From assembly GCF_001194135.2 (NCBI RefSeq), contig NC_068992.1, positions 50,149,027-50,213,026 of the forward strand: a stretch of DNA of 64,000 nt, read 5' to 3'. Both the position numbers and the translations under genes were made by a program. The notes under the pieces were generated by a model that saw nothing but the letters and a program-made list of their open reading frames with translations, was not told the DNA's origin and did not search any database. Origin of the DNA: Octopus bimaculoides (taxonomy: Eukaryota). Below, piece by piece: positions 1-12,351 of this stretch (its first letter is position 1; every line of letters begins with the position of its first letter).

Positions 1-1424
1 AAGAGCAGTATACAGAGAGAAAGAGAGACAGACAGAGAGAAACAAAGAGATTGGTAGAGCTAGCATATTTGTTAAAAGTATGATTGGGGAAAAATACTCA
101 GGTACACCCGCTGCATGGAAACTAAATAGTAAAATGGATGCAAGTATATTTGATGTAGCAAGGCAAGAACCCAGAACCATGTGGTTGGGAAGCAAGCTTC
201 TTATTACACATCATTGTACATCGGAATTTACTGTTTACAAAATATGAATATATACATGTATAGAACATAGGAATTTTATATATATCATAACTGTCAACAC
301 CTTAATCATTATTCCTATCCTTAGTTTATGGGTTGGAAAAGTTTGCAAATATTGCATTTTTCCAGTGGGGGTAGATTGATATCATGGAGTCGTCTCTAAA
401 GTGAAGAGCATCAGTTTGATATTTGCAAAGTTTCCCTTTCCTTTTGGGTTATGTGATAACATTTTTGCGTACATGTGAGTACATTTGTGCATGTGTGTAT
501 GTGCACGTGCAAGAAAGAGAGAGAGAGAGAGAGAAAGTGAGAGAAAGAATATTTTGTGCCTTAGGATGCATATGCAAGTGTTGATTTTTTTTGATAAACA
601 ACAACTGCAGCAATAATCGCTACTACAATAACGACTACGCAACACCAGATATAACATGACAACAACAAGTGCTGCTATTACCACTACTACAAAAATGAAT
701 CACAACAAACAGTATTTTAATATACGAGACTTAAGGAGACGCTAAAACGTTCTGCATCACCTGCTGGTTTCTATTGTTGTTACATATGCAACGTAGTATC
801 TGCATACTATTATAATGCTCGACCACTCACACATGAATATGGGCACACATGCACAAACATATAGTCATTACTGCACATGTACATACATGCATATACATAT
901 ATATACATATGCGCATGTATGTATGTGTTTGTATATGTGTATATATATATGTGCATGTGTGTGTGTGTGCATATATATATATATATATATATGTAATATA
1001 TGTAGGCTTAGAAGTTTGCCTTCAGGCTACATGCAATCCTTTTGTGACATCATTCCTTTATCTTTCCAACTACAAAAGGCCATTATTGATAGAGTGTATG
1101 AGGGTATGCAGCAATTTCTTTCCTCAATATTTCTGCTAACATCAGATTTTATATATTTTTATCTTGACCACTATAGCTCTGCTATATTGATATTATTAAT
1201 GAATATACAAGATTCACACTACACTGCATATAAAACCATGCTAGTAGCATGTAAATATACTGTTAGGTTCAGATTGTACTACAGAGGAAACTAAGCTAGC
1301 TATTATATTAAGTACAGAGGTAGATTCACACTATACTTCATATAAAACTATGTCAGTATTATAGTAAACATACTGCTAGGTTAACACCATACTTCACTCA
1401 AAAATACAACAGTATTATATATAA

Positions 1425-1814
1425 CTGTTGTTGTTGGCACTCCGTCGCTTACGACGTCGAGGGTTCCTGTTGTTCCGATCAACGGAACAGCCTGTTCATG
1501 AAATTAACGTGCAAGTGGCTAAGCATTCCACAGACACGTGTACCCTTAACGTAGTTCTCGGGGATATTCAGCGTGACACAGTGTGACAAAGCTGACCCTT
1601 TGAATTACAGGCATAACAGAAGCAGGAAGAAAGAGTGAGAGAAAGTTGTGGAGAAAGAGTACAGCAGGGTTCGCCATCATCCCCTGCCGGAGCCTCGTGG
1701 AGCTTTAGGTGTTTTCGCTCAATAAACACTCACAACGCCTGGTCTGGGAATTGAAACCGCAATCCTATGACTGCGAGTCCGCTGCCCTAACCACTAGGCC
1801 ATTACGCCTCCACC
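1425..1814 (-). mobile_element. tRNA-derived SINE, provisional type B, full length
   Basis: Reverse complement of the copies at 6353, 15658 and 54319. tRNA-like head with A/B boxes, (AAC)n tail, 13-bp TSD GTATTATATATAA at 1412-1424 and 1815-1827. Confidence 0.9.
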
Positions 1815-1866
1815 GTATTATATATAATATACAGTAAAATTAGCACATACAAAACTATGTTCAATA

Positions 1867-2067
1867 CTGTAATTTCTGGCTTACAAGTCGATGTAGCATA
1901 TAGTGAGTGTAAACTTTAAAGAAATCATCACTGTCATCCCAAATCCTGTTACATTTCACATGGAGGTTTTGACCTTTCAAAGATGTCTTGGTGTATAAGT
2001 CGACCTTCCACTTTTGGTTGTAAATTTTGGTCTACAAAATTTGACTTGTATGCAAGAAAATATATTG
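1867..2067. mobile_element. Degenerate pogo/Tc2-like MITE
   Basis: TA-flanked imperfect TIRs: CTGTAATTTCTGGCTTACAAGTCG versus TGACTTGTATGCAAGAAAATATATTG. A similar right-end motif occurs near 18270-18308. Confidence 0.45.
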
Positions 2068-2127
2068 TATATAAAATTATTCTATGGTATTAAATATGTT
2101 GAAACCACATTACTTCATAAGGAACAT

Positions 2128-2345
2128 AGGGCCAGTTTTCTGATTTCTCTGGCATATATATTCCTCCCTGGATGAGACGCCGGTCCATCACAGGATTATT
2201 CATTTTTACCAGCTGAGTAGACTGGAGCAACGTGAAATGAAGTTTTGCTCAAGAGCACAATGCATTGCCTGGTCTAGGAATCGAAACCACAACCTTATGA
2301 TCAGGAGTCCAACATCTTAACCACTAAGCTATGTGCTACTACTAT
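2128..2345 (-). mobile_element. tRNA-derived SINE, provisional type E (CORE-like TTGAGCAA block)
   Basis: On the minus strand: tRNA-like head, then TGTGCTCTTGAGCAAAAC...CCAGTCTACTCAGCTGG. Matches the copies at 14477-14830. Confidence 0.7.
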
Positions 2346-3635
2346 TGTATCGAATATAATGATGGTGAATTGGCTGAATCATTAGTGTGTTGGACAAAAT
2401 GCCCAGCAATATTTAGTTAATGAGCTTTTACAATCCAGGTTCAAATTGCTGAGACTAGACGGCATTGGGGTAATGTAACTGACTACAACCCTCATTTACA
2501 ATTCCAGATGGTTCTTGGACCTCATATTACTGATTTCCTCCACAAAACAGGGGTAATGTCAGCACATCAGAGAAATGAGACCTGCAAAGTGGAGTGGCTG
2601 TTGCAGTGAGTGTTGTTGGCCATTCTCCACAACAATGCCATTGCAGTAATTACTGTGGGGTATGGCTGAGCATACGATTTGCTCTGGGGTATGTGGCCTA
2701 TCACCCCTCCCCTCCGCCTTATGCAGCTTTACTCTCACTTTTTTCTTTTCTTTTCCTGTCTTATCTCTTCTTTTCTTTTCTTTTTCTTATCTCTCATTTT
2801 TCCTGTTCCTTTGTATTTAAATTAAAAACTTTATGCCTATATGTTGATGATATAACTGTATTAGTACTATAATATATACAGCTATGCTAATGCTAATACA
2901 TACAAGGCTGTGTGAATACACAGAGAGCTATGTTAGTACACAACCAAGCTTCACATATCTTTCAAAGTTGAGTGACTAGCTGTTGGAAAAACATCTAAAT
3001 GTAAAAACAATTTGGCAATTGAACTTGAATCTTTCATTAGCATATTTTATACTCTCTTCTGTGAGCTTTCCTATGTAAAAACAGTTGCTTCAGCAAAAGT
3101 CGTCTCAGTAAACAAAAAACATAAAGGGAAAAAGGAAAAAAACACAGCAGAGGGCATATATGAGTTATTGGTATCTGAAAATATAATATATGTATATATT
3201 ATGCACACACAGGCTCACATAATTTTAAGCTCACCCACACATACATTCACATACACATTCAAATATACCATTCTCATATATATACATGGGCTTGTGCACC
3301 TTAGTTCACCCGGGTCACCATTGTTAACTCCCTTTCACTCAGCCTCTCTTCCAGTCTTCTCGTCATGTTGAACTGTTAATCCCTACACATTTTTTCTGTT
3401 TTTAAAAAATTTTTTTTTTTTTGGTCTCTCTCTCAATTTCTTTTACTTTCAATCCTTTCTGACAAAGTGCACAGGCTCAAAACGTCAACGCCTTTTCCAT
3501 TCTTCCTGAGTGTCAAACTAATACACCTGCTTGTTCCCTCACTTGTCTTTGTCTTTTGTAAATTTGAACTATATGATATGTGTATGCATGTGAGTATATT
3601 TATATATATGTGTGTGTGTGTATGTAAATAAAACA

Positions 3636-3788
3636 TGCAAGTCCTGTGCTGGTCTAAAAAGGCATTTAACTATCCACAAATCTGACAAGACGAGCAACAC
3701 TTGAGGTGAGACATATTTGCACTGTTGGCAAAGCAAATTTCAAACAACTCTCACGACTCAAAAGCCACTTACTAACTAGAAGTGGTTA
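3636..3788 (+). pseudogene. Degenerate C2H2 zinc-finger-like fragment (probably an RTE ORF2 C-terminus)
   Basis: Hand translation gives CKSCAGLKRHLTIH, then a stop and a frameshift, then HICTVGKANFKQLSRLKSHLLTR, which has C2H2 spacing. Confidence 0.4.
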
Positions 3789-4244
3789 AGTTTTGAATAG
3801 GGGCAGACAACTTCTCTCTCTCACATGTGTGTGTGTATGTGTGCGTGTGTGAGGGGGGGGGGATATTAGATCATTTTTCTCACACTTTTATTATCAAGTT
3901 AAATAAATGTCCTTTGGAGAAATATTTCTGTTGCAAGCATTCAGGTTAAGTTTATGAGTCTGAGATGGCAAGATAACAGTTTTTATCTTCTCATTTCCCT
4001 TAACGAGTTTCAAGTTTTGCAAGAAGTCATGAGTATAGCTCTTTCACCTCTGACAAAACACACAACAAAAAAAAAAAGGAAGAGTTTATACAACATAACA
4101 AGATAATTTATTTGTATTATTTATAATAAACCAAGAATACATTTGTTTCTCAGATTGTAAATGGGTCTTCTTAAAGATCCAACTAATTTGGAATCACAAT
4201 TCTTTAGTTATCAGGCCCAGGTTTTGGGTAAACATTACAATTCA

Positions 4245-4530
4245 CAAATTATAGGCTAAGTGTGAGAGTTCAAATCTGGTCAGTTTGAACATAAGACACA
4301 AACTATTTGGGCTGAATACGACCAGTTTAACATCTTAATATTTAAATTGTCCAAATCTAGCCCAAACACTCTACCCGGTTTTTGTTCAAACCAGCTAGAT
4401 CCTGCCTCTCACACCTACCCTACAATGTCATTTTAAAAATAAAGTCACAAGATTGATTAATGCAAAGCTATGTGAATAAATATGCATTACATTTGGACAG
4501 TAATCCGAATGCTATAAGATTAGCCAAGTA
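4245..4530. mobile_element. Fragments of the piggyBac-like MITE family
   Basis: Both-strand similarity to 6950-7167 and 15558-16175 (CTACCCTACAATGTCATTTTAAAAATAAA; GCATTACATTTGGACAGTAATCCGAATGC). Confidence 0.6.
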
Positions 4531-4624
4531 CTGCAAAGCATTTTGTCTGATACACTAATGGACTGGTAGAATCATTAGAAAAAATATATATATACCTTGC
4601 AGCATTTCTACCTGCACTTTTTAC

Positions 4625-4790
4625 TTTGAGTTCAAACTCTACTCAACTGCACTTCACCTTTCATCCTTTTGATGTAGATAAAGTACCAGTCAAGTATTAG
4701 GGTTGATTGTATCAACAAACCCCTTCCACCCAGCACATTGCTGGCCTTGTGGCAAAATCTGAAACCATTATTATTATTATTATTATTAAC
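4625..4790 (+). mobile_element. SINE type C fragment
   Basis: GAGTTCAAA...CCTTTCATCCTTTTGATGTAGATAAAGTACCAG followed by an (ATT)n tail, as in the 32175 copy. Confidence 0.65.
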
Positions 4791-5769
4791 ATTAGTAGTA
4801 GTAGTAGTAGTAGTAATAGCAGTAGCAGCAACAACAATATATATTAACACACGCACACACATTCATTCTTCCACAATATTTTGCATCTACAACAACTGTA
4901 ATTATTGCTAATTATAATTGTTACAAACACTACATCCTCCGAAATATTCTGCAACCACCACCACCACCACCACCACCACCACCACTACTGCCGCCACCAT
5001 CACTACTATTACTACAAAAATTATTGTTGCACACACACGCATGCTTGATAATCTGCATCTGCAAAATACATACTGCTATAATAAGTAAGATGACTGATGC
5101 ACTTTCAGCCATTTTGTCTTCTCTTGATTTAATGTGTCTTTTTCTTCTTTTTTTTTTTTTAAGAAAACCTCATGCATTTGCTTTCACCGTGCAATGCTAT
5201 TGCTGCACATGTTCTGTTATTTGTTCTGCTGTTGCAGTTGCAGCTGTTATTACCGTTGTTTTACACTGTTGAGGGTGGTGTCGTGGAGGAAACTGGTCTG
5301 CCAATTTCAGGAACTCTTAGAGTGACTCTTGGAGTGAATACTCACACTGGAGTAAATGTTTTCCTCTATTAACTCCTTTGATCACCTCTAGTTCCTTTAT
5401 ACAGAACATCCTGTTTTACAGTTTGCATCTACATTCAAAACATCCTCTTAATGAATGAAGAAGTTACTTTGTTAATTCATTTGTTTGAATGTTTTATGTC
5501 AGCCTTTCCAATTTAGCATGGGTTAGGTGACTATATCAATGCAACATTTATTTTACATTCGAATGCCCTTCCTGTCTCTAACCTGTACCTGTTTTGCAAG
5601 TAAGGGACTTCTTTTATTTCACAGATCATCAAAGGTGTGAAGTGAGCAGACGATCTCTTGGGAGGAGAAATTACCAACAAACAACACTCGTAGCTCATGA
5701 TGTTTGTAGAGAGAAAATGTAAGCAAACGCACAAACCCAAACATATAAAACAACGATGATATATATATC

Positions 5770-6200
5770 AGGTGCAGGCATGGCTGTGTAGTTAAGACAT
5801 TTGCTTCTCGAGCACATGTTTTGGGGTTCAATCCCACAGCATGGCACCTTGGGTAAGAGAGTCATCTATGAAAGCCCTGGGCTGACAGCCTTGTAAACAG
5901 ATTTGTACACATAAACTGATAGAAGCCTGTTGTGTGTGTGTATCTGTACGTACGTATGCATGTATGTTTGTGTCCCCTTGTCTTAACATTGCATAATAGT
6001 TGTAAATGGGTGTCACTGTCATACAAGCAGTGTCATTTATCTCCAATGTCCTGTGTAAATATGTCTGGCCATGGAGAAGTATTCTCTTCCTTGGAAAAAA
6101 GTGAGGACTGGCAACAAGAAGGGTATCCAGTCACAGAAAACTTGCTTCAATAAACTTTCAGACCCATACAAGTTTGGAAAAGTGGGCATTAAAATAATCA
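5770..6200 (+). mobile_element. SINE type D (type A head plus RTE-like 3' tail)
   Basis: Head matches type A up to GAAGCC and a (TG)n tract. The tail is different and ends ...ACCCATACAAGTTTGGAAAAGTGGGCATTAAA, like the RTE 3' end near 53900. Confidence 0.8.
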
Positions 6201-6352
6201 TCACACACACACACACATTCATTTAGAGTTGAAGCATCATTCTGTTACTACTCTAAATTTACTCATTTCTTCTTCATAAATATTGGAGAATGGAAATGAG
6301 GGAAACTCAAACTCTATTGTGTTAAATAGTTACATAATGTTTCCCTCTCCCT

Positions 6353-6742
6353 GTGGAGGCACAATGGCCTAGTGGTTAGGGCAGCGGACTCGCGGTCATA
6401 GGATCGCAGTTTCGATTCCCAGACCGGGCGTTGTGAGTGTATATTGAGCGAAAACACCTAAAGCTCCACGAGGCTCTGGCAGGGGATGGTGGCGAACCCT
6501 GCTGTACTCTTTCACCACAGCTTTCTCTCACTCTTACTTCCTGTTTCTGTTGTGCCTGTAATTCAAAGGGTCAGCCTTGTCACACTGTGTCACGCTGAAT
6601 CTCCCCGAGAACTACGTTAAGGGTATACGTGTCTGTGGAGTGCTCAGCCACTTGCATGTTAATTTCACGAGCAGGCTGTTCTGTTGATCGATCAACTGGA
6701 ACCCTTGACGTCGTAAGTGACGGAGTGCCAACACCAACAACA
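6353..6742 (+). mobile_element. SINE type B, full length
   Basis: A box TGGCCTAGTGG, B box GTTTCGATTCC, (AAC)n tail, ~10-bp TSD AATGTTTCCC at 6336-6345 and 6743-6752. Confidence 0.9.
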
Positions 6743-6829
6743 AATGTTTCCCCTACTGCCAACATAGACATGAGAGCAACCATTGCCACTGAGATACTAA
6801 GACAAAGGACATAACTGTGTGGGCCTCAG

Positions 6830-7440
6830 TCTGCCCAGCTAACACCAGCTGTTCTACACTCCTACAAATTAAGAAACCAGCAATATATGACAACCATTTC
6901 AGGTTCTTTGGACATTTGCCCAGCAAAGAAGAAACACCCAGCTGTTTAACCCTTTAGTGATCAGATTAACTCGTCAAATATAATATTTGTTTATTTATAT
7001 TGCTTTGAAATAATCAGGCTTATCTTGTAGTTAGGAGTTTTGCTGATGTGACTGTCATGTGTTAGAATGACATTGCAGAGTTGAGGTGAGAAGCCGGATC
7101 TTCTCAGTTTCAACTTCAAACGGGTTAAATATTTTGGCCGGATATGGCTGGTTTGAATGCCAAAGGGTTAATTATAGAAACAAACAATGGAAGTATTCAA
7201 ATGAAGAGGAGAACAGTTATTTTTAAGGATGTGATGAAATGTGCAAGACTTTCTGGTGCCAAGCTGGACCAAAGTACTTCTGATAAAAGGCTCCAAAAGC
7301 ATGATGGTATAGAAATGAGACATCAGTGTTTCCATCCAAACAGGATATTAAGAGTTGCAACCGAGAACTGAAACTGAGGTTTATTGAATACATAAGCCAA
7401 GTATTGAAGGACAAAGCAGAAGAGAGGAACACAAAGAAAA
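6830..7440 (+). mobile_element. Old RTE-like LINE ORF2 C-terminal remnant, interrupted by a MITE
   Basis: RFFGHL before the MITE and LIIETNNGSIQMKRRTVIFKDVMK after it resemble the RTE LRWFGH...RP..FKD..K region. Highly degenerate. Confidence 0.4.
6950..7167. mobile_element. piggyBac-like MITE
   Basis: TTAA-CCCTTT ... AAAGGG-TTAA ends (TTAA at 6946-6949 and 7168-7171). Related copies occur at 4245, 12352 and 15558. Confidence 0.8.
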
Positions 7441-7735
7441 TGAAGTATCTTGTACAAGGACATGATTAAATACATGCAATAGGATGTAATCAATAGGTGA
7501 CACTTGTGACATGAATCAAATATCAGATTTTCCATGACAAATAAATATTTTCAAAATGTAAATACATGTTTAAGGACGTAGAATATTGGTGTGGAGGGCG
7601 TTGAATGTAAGAGGTATAAAACCTGAATCATATACATATATGTATGCGTGACTATGTGTGCATTGGTGTACATAAAGGAACTTCTCTATATAGAGTTTTT
7701 TTTAAATATGAAAGTTATGATATATGGTGTGTGTG

Positions 7736-7905
7736 TATGCAGCGCCTTCTCCTTCCCAAACCAACCCCTTCTATCCCTTGTCCACAATGTCCCCGTATAT
7801 TTCATGCAAGCCTTGGATTGCGGAGCCATCTGCGGTTCAAACACCCAGGAAAATTAACTGGATTGCAAGCTCGGAAACACGAGACGCAGCCAACAACAAC
7901 AGTAC
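7736..7905 (+). mobile_element. RTE-like LINE extreme 3' end with terminal CCHH motif
   Basis: PSIPCPQCPRIFHASLGLRSHLRFKH lies inside ORF 7644..8153 and is followed by a short 3' segment and an AAC tail. Confidence 0.6.
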
Positions 7906-8016
7906 CAGACAACTACTACAGCCAGCAAAATACCAAAATCAATACCCCAAATTCCAAGATCAATAACAGAAAGATAATGAACTACAGAACCCTTCAAAAG
8001 TTATATAGTACTGACC

Positions 8017-8052
<36 letters not shown>

Positions 8053-8226
8053 ATGTGTGTATACACACACACACACACACTACTTCAAATAAGTCAGAAA
8101 AAAGCAGAAATAATCAATTAACTGCGCATAGAATCAAGTTAACAATTTTCTAAGTTTCAAAAATAATCTCAGTGCTCATTTCCTCACCCCACAACAACCA
8201 CCACCACTACCCCACCCTAGCCACCA

Positions 8227-8267
<41 letters not shown>

Positions 8268-8459
8268 AACAACAAGTCCAGCACTTTTGTTTATTCTTAC
8301 TGTTCCAAAATGAATTTTGAAGTATTGGCAATTTGAAATCAGTTTCTAGTAGTATGCACATCACTAATTATATATTTATATATATACTTCATATATATAT
8401 ATTTGGTTGTGTGTATATGAATACACACAGAGTTATATATTAGTCTGTATAAATGTGTA

Positions 8460-8493
<34 letters not shown>

Positions 8494-8875
8494 AATGAAT
8501 GTATGTATATGCATGTATGTGATTGTACATATGTACATATGCATGTGCACATGTATACAAATATGTGTACACATGTGAGTGTGCGTGTGTATGTTCAGTT
8601 AAGATCACTTTGCTAAAGTGACTGCTTCCATTCTTGGAGAGGATGTTAGCTATTGCTCTTTGTTTTCAAGAATATCAATTATACGAAAGAACTTCAGAAA
8701 TGGTCTAATTTGATTTGAAAACATTATTGTCGATGGAACATATCTCTAAGTACCTGAATTCCTCAAGACTCTAGCTACACTGGTGTAAGTGTGTTTGAGT
8801 ACGGTTTTCTATATGTGCACATACACACAATTTTGTTGTCATAAACTATGACAGGCAACTTGACAGTTTAGTCTT

Positions 8876-9080
8876 TTACTCTTTTACTTGTTTCAGTCAT
8901 TTGACTGCAGCCATGCTGGAGCACTGCCTTTAGTCAAGCAAATCAACCGCAGGACTTATTCTTTGTAAGCCTAGTACTTATTCTATCGGTCTCTTTTACC
9001 GAACCGCTAAGTTACGGGTACGTAAACACACCAGCATCGGTGTTCAAGCGATGGTGGGGGGACAAAAACACACACACACA
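8876..9080 (-). mobile_element. SINE type A, 3' half
   Basis: Reverse complement of the type A tail (CTCTTTTACTTGTTTCAGTCATTTGACTG...GGACAAA). Confidence 0.9.
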
Positions 9081-9135
9081 AATGAGTGGACAAATGAAAG
9101 AAAGGACACTCAACACATTTATTGAGAGCTACATG

Positions 9136-9283
9136 TATTGTTCAAAACAGATTCTACTACTTTAAGTTTCAAATCCCCTAACGGGGGGCCTTTCGGATTT
9201 CCACTGACCTGAGGAAAGGCCCCTGTTAGGGGATTTGAAACTTAAAGCAGCACAGAGTCTGAAGCAAACTGTTTTGAACAATA
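9136..9283. ncRNA. Fold-back containing a head-to-head pair of minimal hammerhead-like cores
   Basis: Perfect 15-bp outer inverted repeat and a ~34-bp inner one. + strand: CTGAGGA 9209-9215, stem II, GAAAC 9237-9241, then TTAAAGCA. The - strand arm keeps GAAACTTAAAGTA. Confidence 0.5.
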
Positions 9284-9292
9284 TATATATAT

Positions 9293-9701
9293 AGGTGCAG
9301 GAGTGGCTGTGTAGTAAGTATCTTGTTTACCAACAACAAGGTTCCGGGTTCAGTCCCACTGCGTGACACTTTGGGGAAGTATCTTCTACTATAGCCTTGG
9401 GCCGACCAAAGCCTTGTGAGTGGATTTAGTAGACCGAAACTGAAAGAAGCCCGTCGTATATATATATATATATACACACATGTATGTGTGTTTGTGTGTC
9501 TGTGTTTGTCCCCCCACCATCGCTTGACAACTGATGCTGGTGTGTTTACGTGCCCGTAACTTAGCAGTTCGGCAAAACAGACCGATAGAATAAGTATTAG
9601 GCTTCCAAAGGATAAGTCCTGGGGTTGATTTGCTCGACTAAAGGCAGTGCTCCAGCATGGCTGCAGTCAAATGACTGAAACAAGTAAAAGAGTAAAGAGA
9701 G
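9293..9701 (+). mobile_element. SINE type A, full length
   Basis: tRNA-like head (TGGCTGTGTAG, GGTTCAGTCCC), central (TA)/(TG) microsatellite, GTAAAAGA repeated tail. Confidence 0.9.
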
Positions 9702-9862
9702 TATATATATATACANNNNNNNNNNNNNNNNNNNNNNNNNNNNNNNNNNNNNNNNNNNNNNNNNNNNNNNNNNNNNNNNNNNNNNNNNNNNNNNNNNNNN
9801 NNNNNNNNNNNNNNNNNNNNNNNNNNNNNNNNNNNNNNNNNNNNNNNNNNNNNNNNNNNNNT

Positions 9863-10720
9863 TATGATAGGTAAATTGTTACCATTTTATATATTTTCAA
9901 TTTCATGCATGTGCATTGTTTGTTTTTGAGCTTGTCAACTACAAAGTATAACGTATATGTATTTGGGTATCGTCTGTGAGAAAAACAGCACCTTGACGCA
10001 ATTCACTCTGCCAGAAATTTGGAAACAACATGCTGTATTGCTTGGCATTCATGCCGGAAGCTCCAATACGAACATTTCAGAATGTTTGGACGTCAATCTG
10101 AGGACATGCAAAAATCAAACATCCAGTCAGCACCATGGTGTTTGAAGTGATCACTAGTGATGGCGACGTTATGTCTCCATTCATCTTCCCAAGCAGCCTC
10201 AGATTCATTACGAAAGATTACATCAAGTGCTTGGAGGAGGTAGTGCTGGCCTAGGTCAAGAGGGTGGCTGCTGGAAGACCCTATGTCTGGCAACAGGACT
10301 CTGCACCATGCCACACAAGCAGGAGAACCCAGTCATGGCTTTCAGACAATTTCTACGACCACATCACCCCTAACATCTGGCCACCTAACTCCCCAGACTG
10401 CAACCCCTTGATTTATTATGTGTGGGGCACAGTTGAGCAAGAGACCAACAAAACTCCCTGTAATACCAAAGATGAACTGAAGGCAAGGATTATAGCAGCA
10501 TTCACCAACTTGAGCAAGCAGACCGTCCAGAAGAGTTGCAGGAGATTCCAAAGTTGTCCAGAGGCTGTGGTTGATGCTAAAGGCAATTTTATTGAATAAT
10601 TACTCTTTAGTATTTTAAGATATTTTTATGTAATTTCAGTAAATATATCTGTTAAAAGGAGATGTCAGTGTTATTTTCATTTTTGTGTAATTTAGACACC
10701 AATTTATTCACCACACCCTG
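9863..10720 (+). mobile_element. Internally deleted Tc1/mariner element of DD37D (maT) type
   Basis: Transposase remnants: WQQDSAPCH, 37 residues, then WPPNSPDCNPL(D)YYVW (ORF 10264..10599). Right TIR ends ...CACACCCTG-TA; left end is in the N gap. Confidence 0.85.
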
Positions 10721-11104
10721 TATATATATACATACACACATCTTTATATATATATTTGTGTGTAAATCTCTATTTTTAGATCAGTTATATCACTTCTCTG
10801 CATGCCATATGAGACAACAAAAAGGTTTGATGACAGGAAGGGCAGTCAATTTTAAAGCCCTTCAGAATAGTCATCCGATCCACACCAGCAAAGAAAAACA
10901 AACGTAAAACAAATGATGATGATGAGGATTTGTAGTGCATGCGTGTATTTATAAATGTGTGTGTGTGTGTGTGTGTATAATGGGATATAAGGACAAAAAG
11001 AACCTTTTCTCCTAAACCAATCAATGAGATAGATAGACAGAAGGGTGGTTTGGGAGAGGGAGAAAGAATAAGATCTCTTTTAGAAACGATTCTAAAAATG
11101 ATAC

Positions 11105-11255
11105 AAATATCATTTATCATCATTTTTACAGACACATTTTCCATGTAAGCATGGGTTAGATGAGTGTTCTCTCGCACAGCATCTTGCTACTTGTTGCATG
11201 CAGCCTTTTGTCTCCTTCATGAATTTCAATCTCCTGAGATCAGCTTTTACTATTT
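11105..11255 (-). mobile_element. RTE-like LINE 3' end
   Basis: KADLRRLKFMKET resembles KHDLRTLGLTEAM in the 53191 ORF and is followed by the shared AACCCATGC...CATGGAAA tail and ATG repeats. Confidence 0.6.
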
Positions 11256-12351
11256 ATCCTACAAATATGTATGAATGCACATATCTGCACACATTTCATA
11301 TACTCTTGCCTATCTTTCTCTCACACACACACGCGCGCAAGCAAGCAAGCAAAGCAGCAGTTCAGAGTAAAAATATGGTTGCTCCCTAGAGGGAACTGCA
11401 ATTATGTTATTCATTAAAGTTGATCAGAATGAGTAAAGAGACAGCCAGCCCAGCACGTAATTATGTCTGGTTTGCTAATACAAAAGAGAAATACAAGCAA
11501 AACTAACCTAAGCACAAGTGAATCGTTAATAAAAAATTAAGACAAAGAAAAAAAAAAAAATAAAGAATGTTAAGGAAAAAAAAATCAATAAGGATTCCAC
11601 GATAAAAGGAAGGAAGGAACAGAGCAGAATCTCAGAGGGGCACAAGTAAGTAACGAGATCAGATATAGGAATGAGATCAATAATTTTTTTTTTCTTTCCA
11701 AAAAGCAAAGAATGGAGTGCAAAGAAATCAATAGGAATTTCTGTAATATGAGATAGAAAGCCTACCAAATTTATAGTTGTGGTGCAGTGTAATGGTGCCA
11801 AATAGACTGTTAACAATCTAAGAGTAACAAAAGTGGAATGAATAGAGAACTTAACAAAATAATTGTGATAGAAATACATGAATAAAATGAAATTTCTTTT
11901 TTCTATAGTTAATGTCTCCTAAGTCAAACTTGGGACTCAGCAGAATTTAACAAAATAATTATGATAAAATTGCATAAATTAAATAAAATAAAAATTGTTC
12001 CATAGATGTCTCTTAAATCAGCAATTCCCAAATTGTTTTTTGGCATGAAACTATACAAATTTTCCAAAATATTGCAGAATCCATCTCAGTATTTTACAGA
12101 CAACTCACACTGTCCTTATTTCATTAAGACAGACAACCTAAATTGTCTCAGATACAGAATTTATTTATCTATTTATTTAGAGAGAGAGAGAGAGAGATAG
12201 AGAGAGTGAGTGAGAGAGAGAGAGACGAGAGAAAGAAACATAACATATTTTGAAAAACATGGAAATTATTTAAGTTTTATAAAAAGACGCCTTGTATCAT
12301 GGAACTTCAAGAAATTGTTTCACAAAACCCATTTGAGAAATGGTGCCTCAA

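Noticed and set aside
7223-7535. Hydrophobic, membrane-protein-like minus-strand ORFs
   Set aside because: Better explained as the antisense of a decayed RTE remnant; no convincing splice sites.
11115-11200. EGF-like peptide SSNPCLHGKCVC on the minus strand
   Set aside because: It is a translation of the RTE/SINE terminal motif AACCCATGC...CATGGAAA, and all frames after the nearby AG hit stops.
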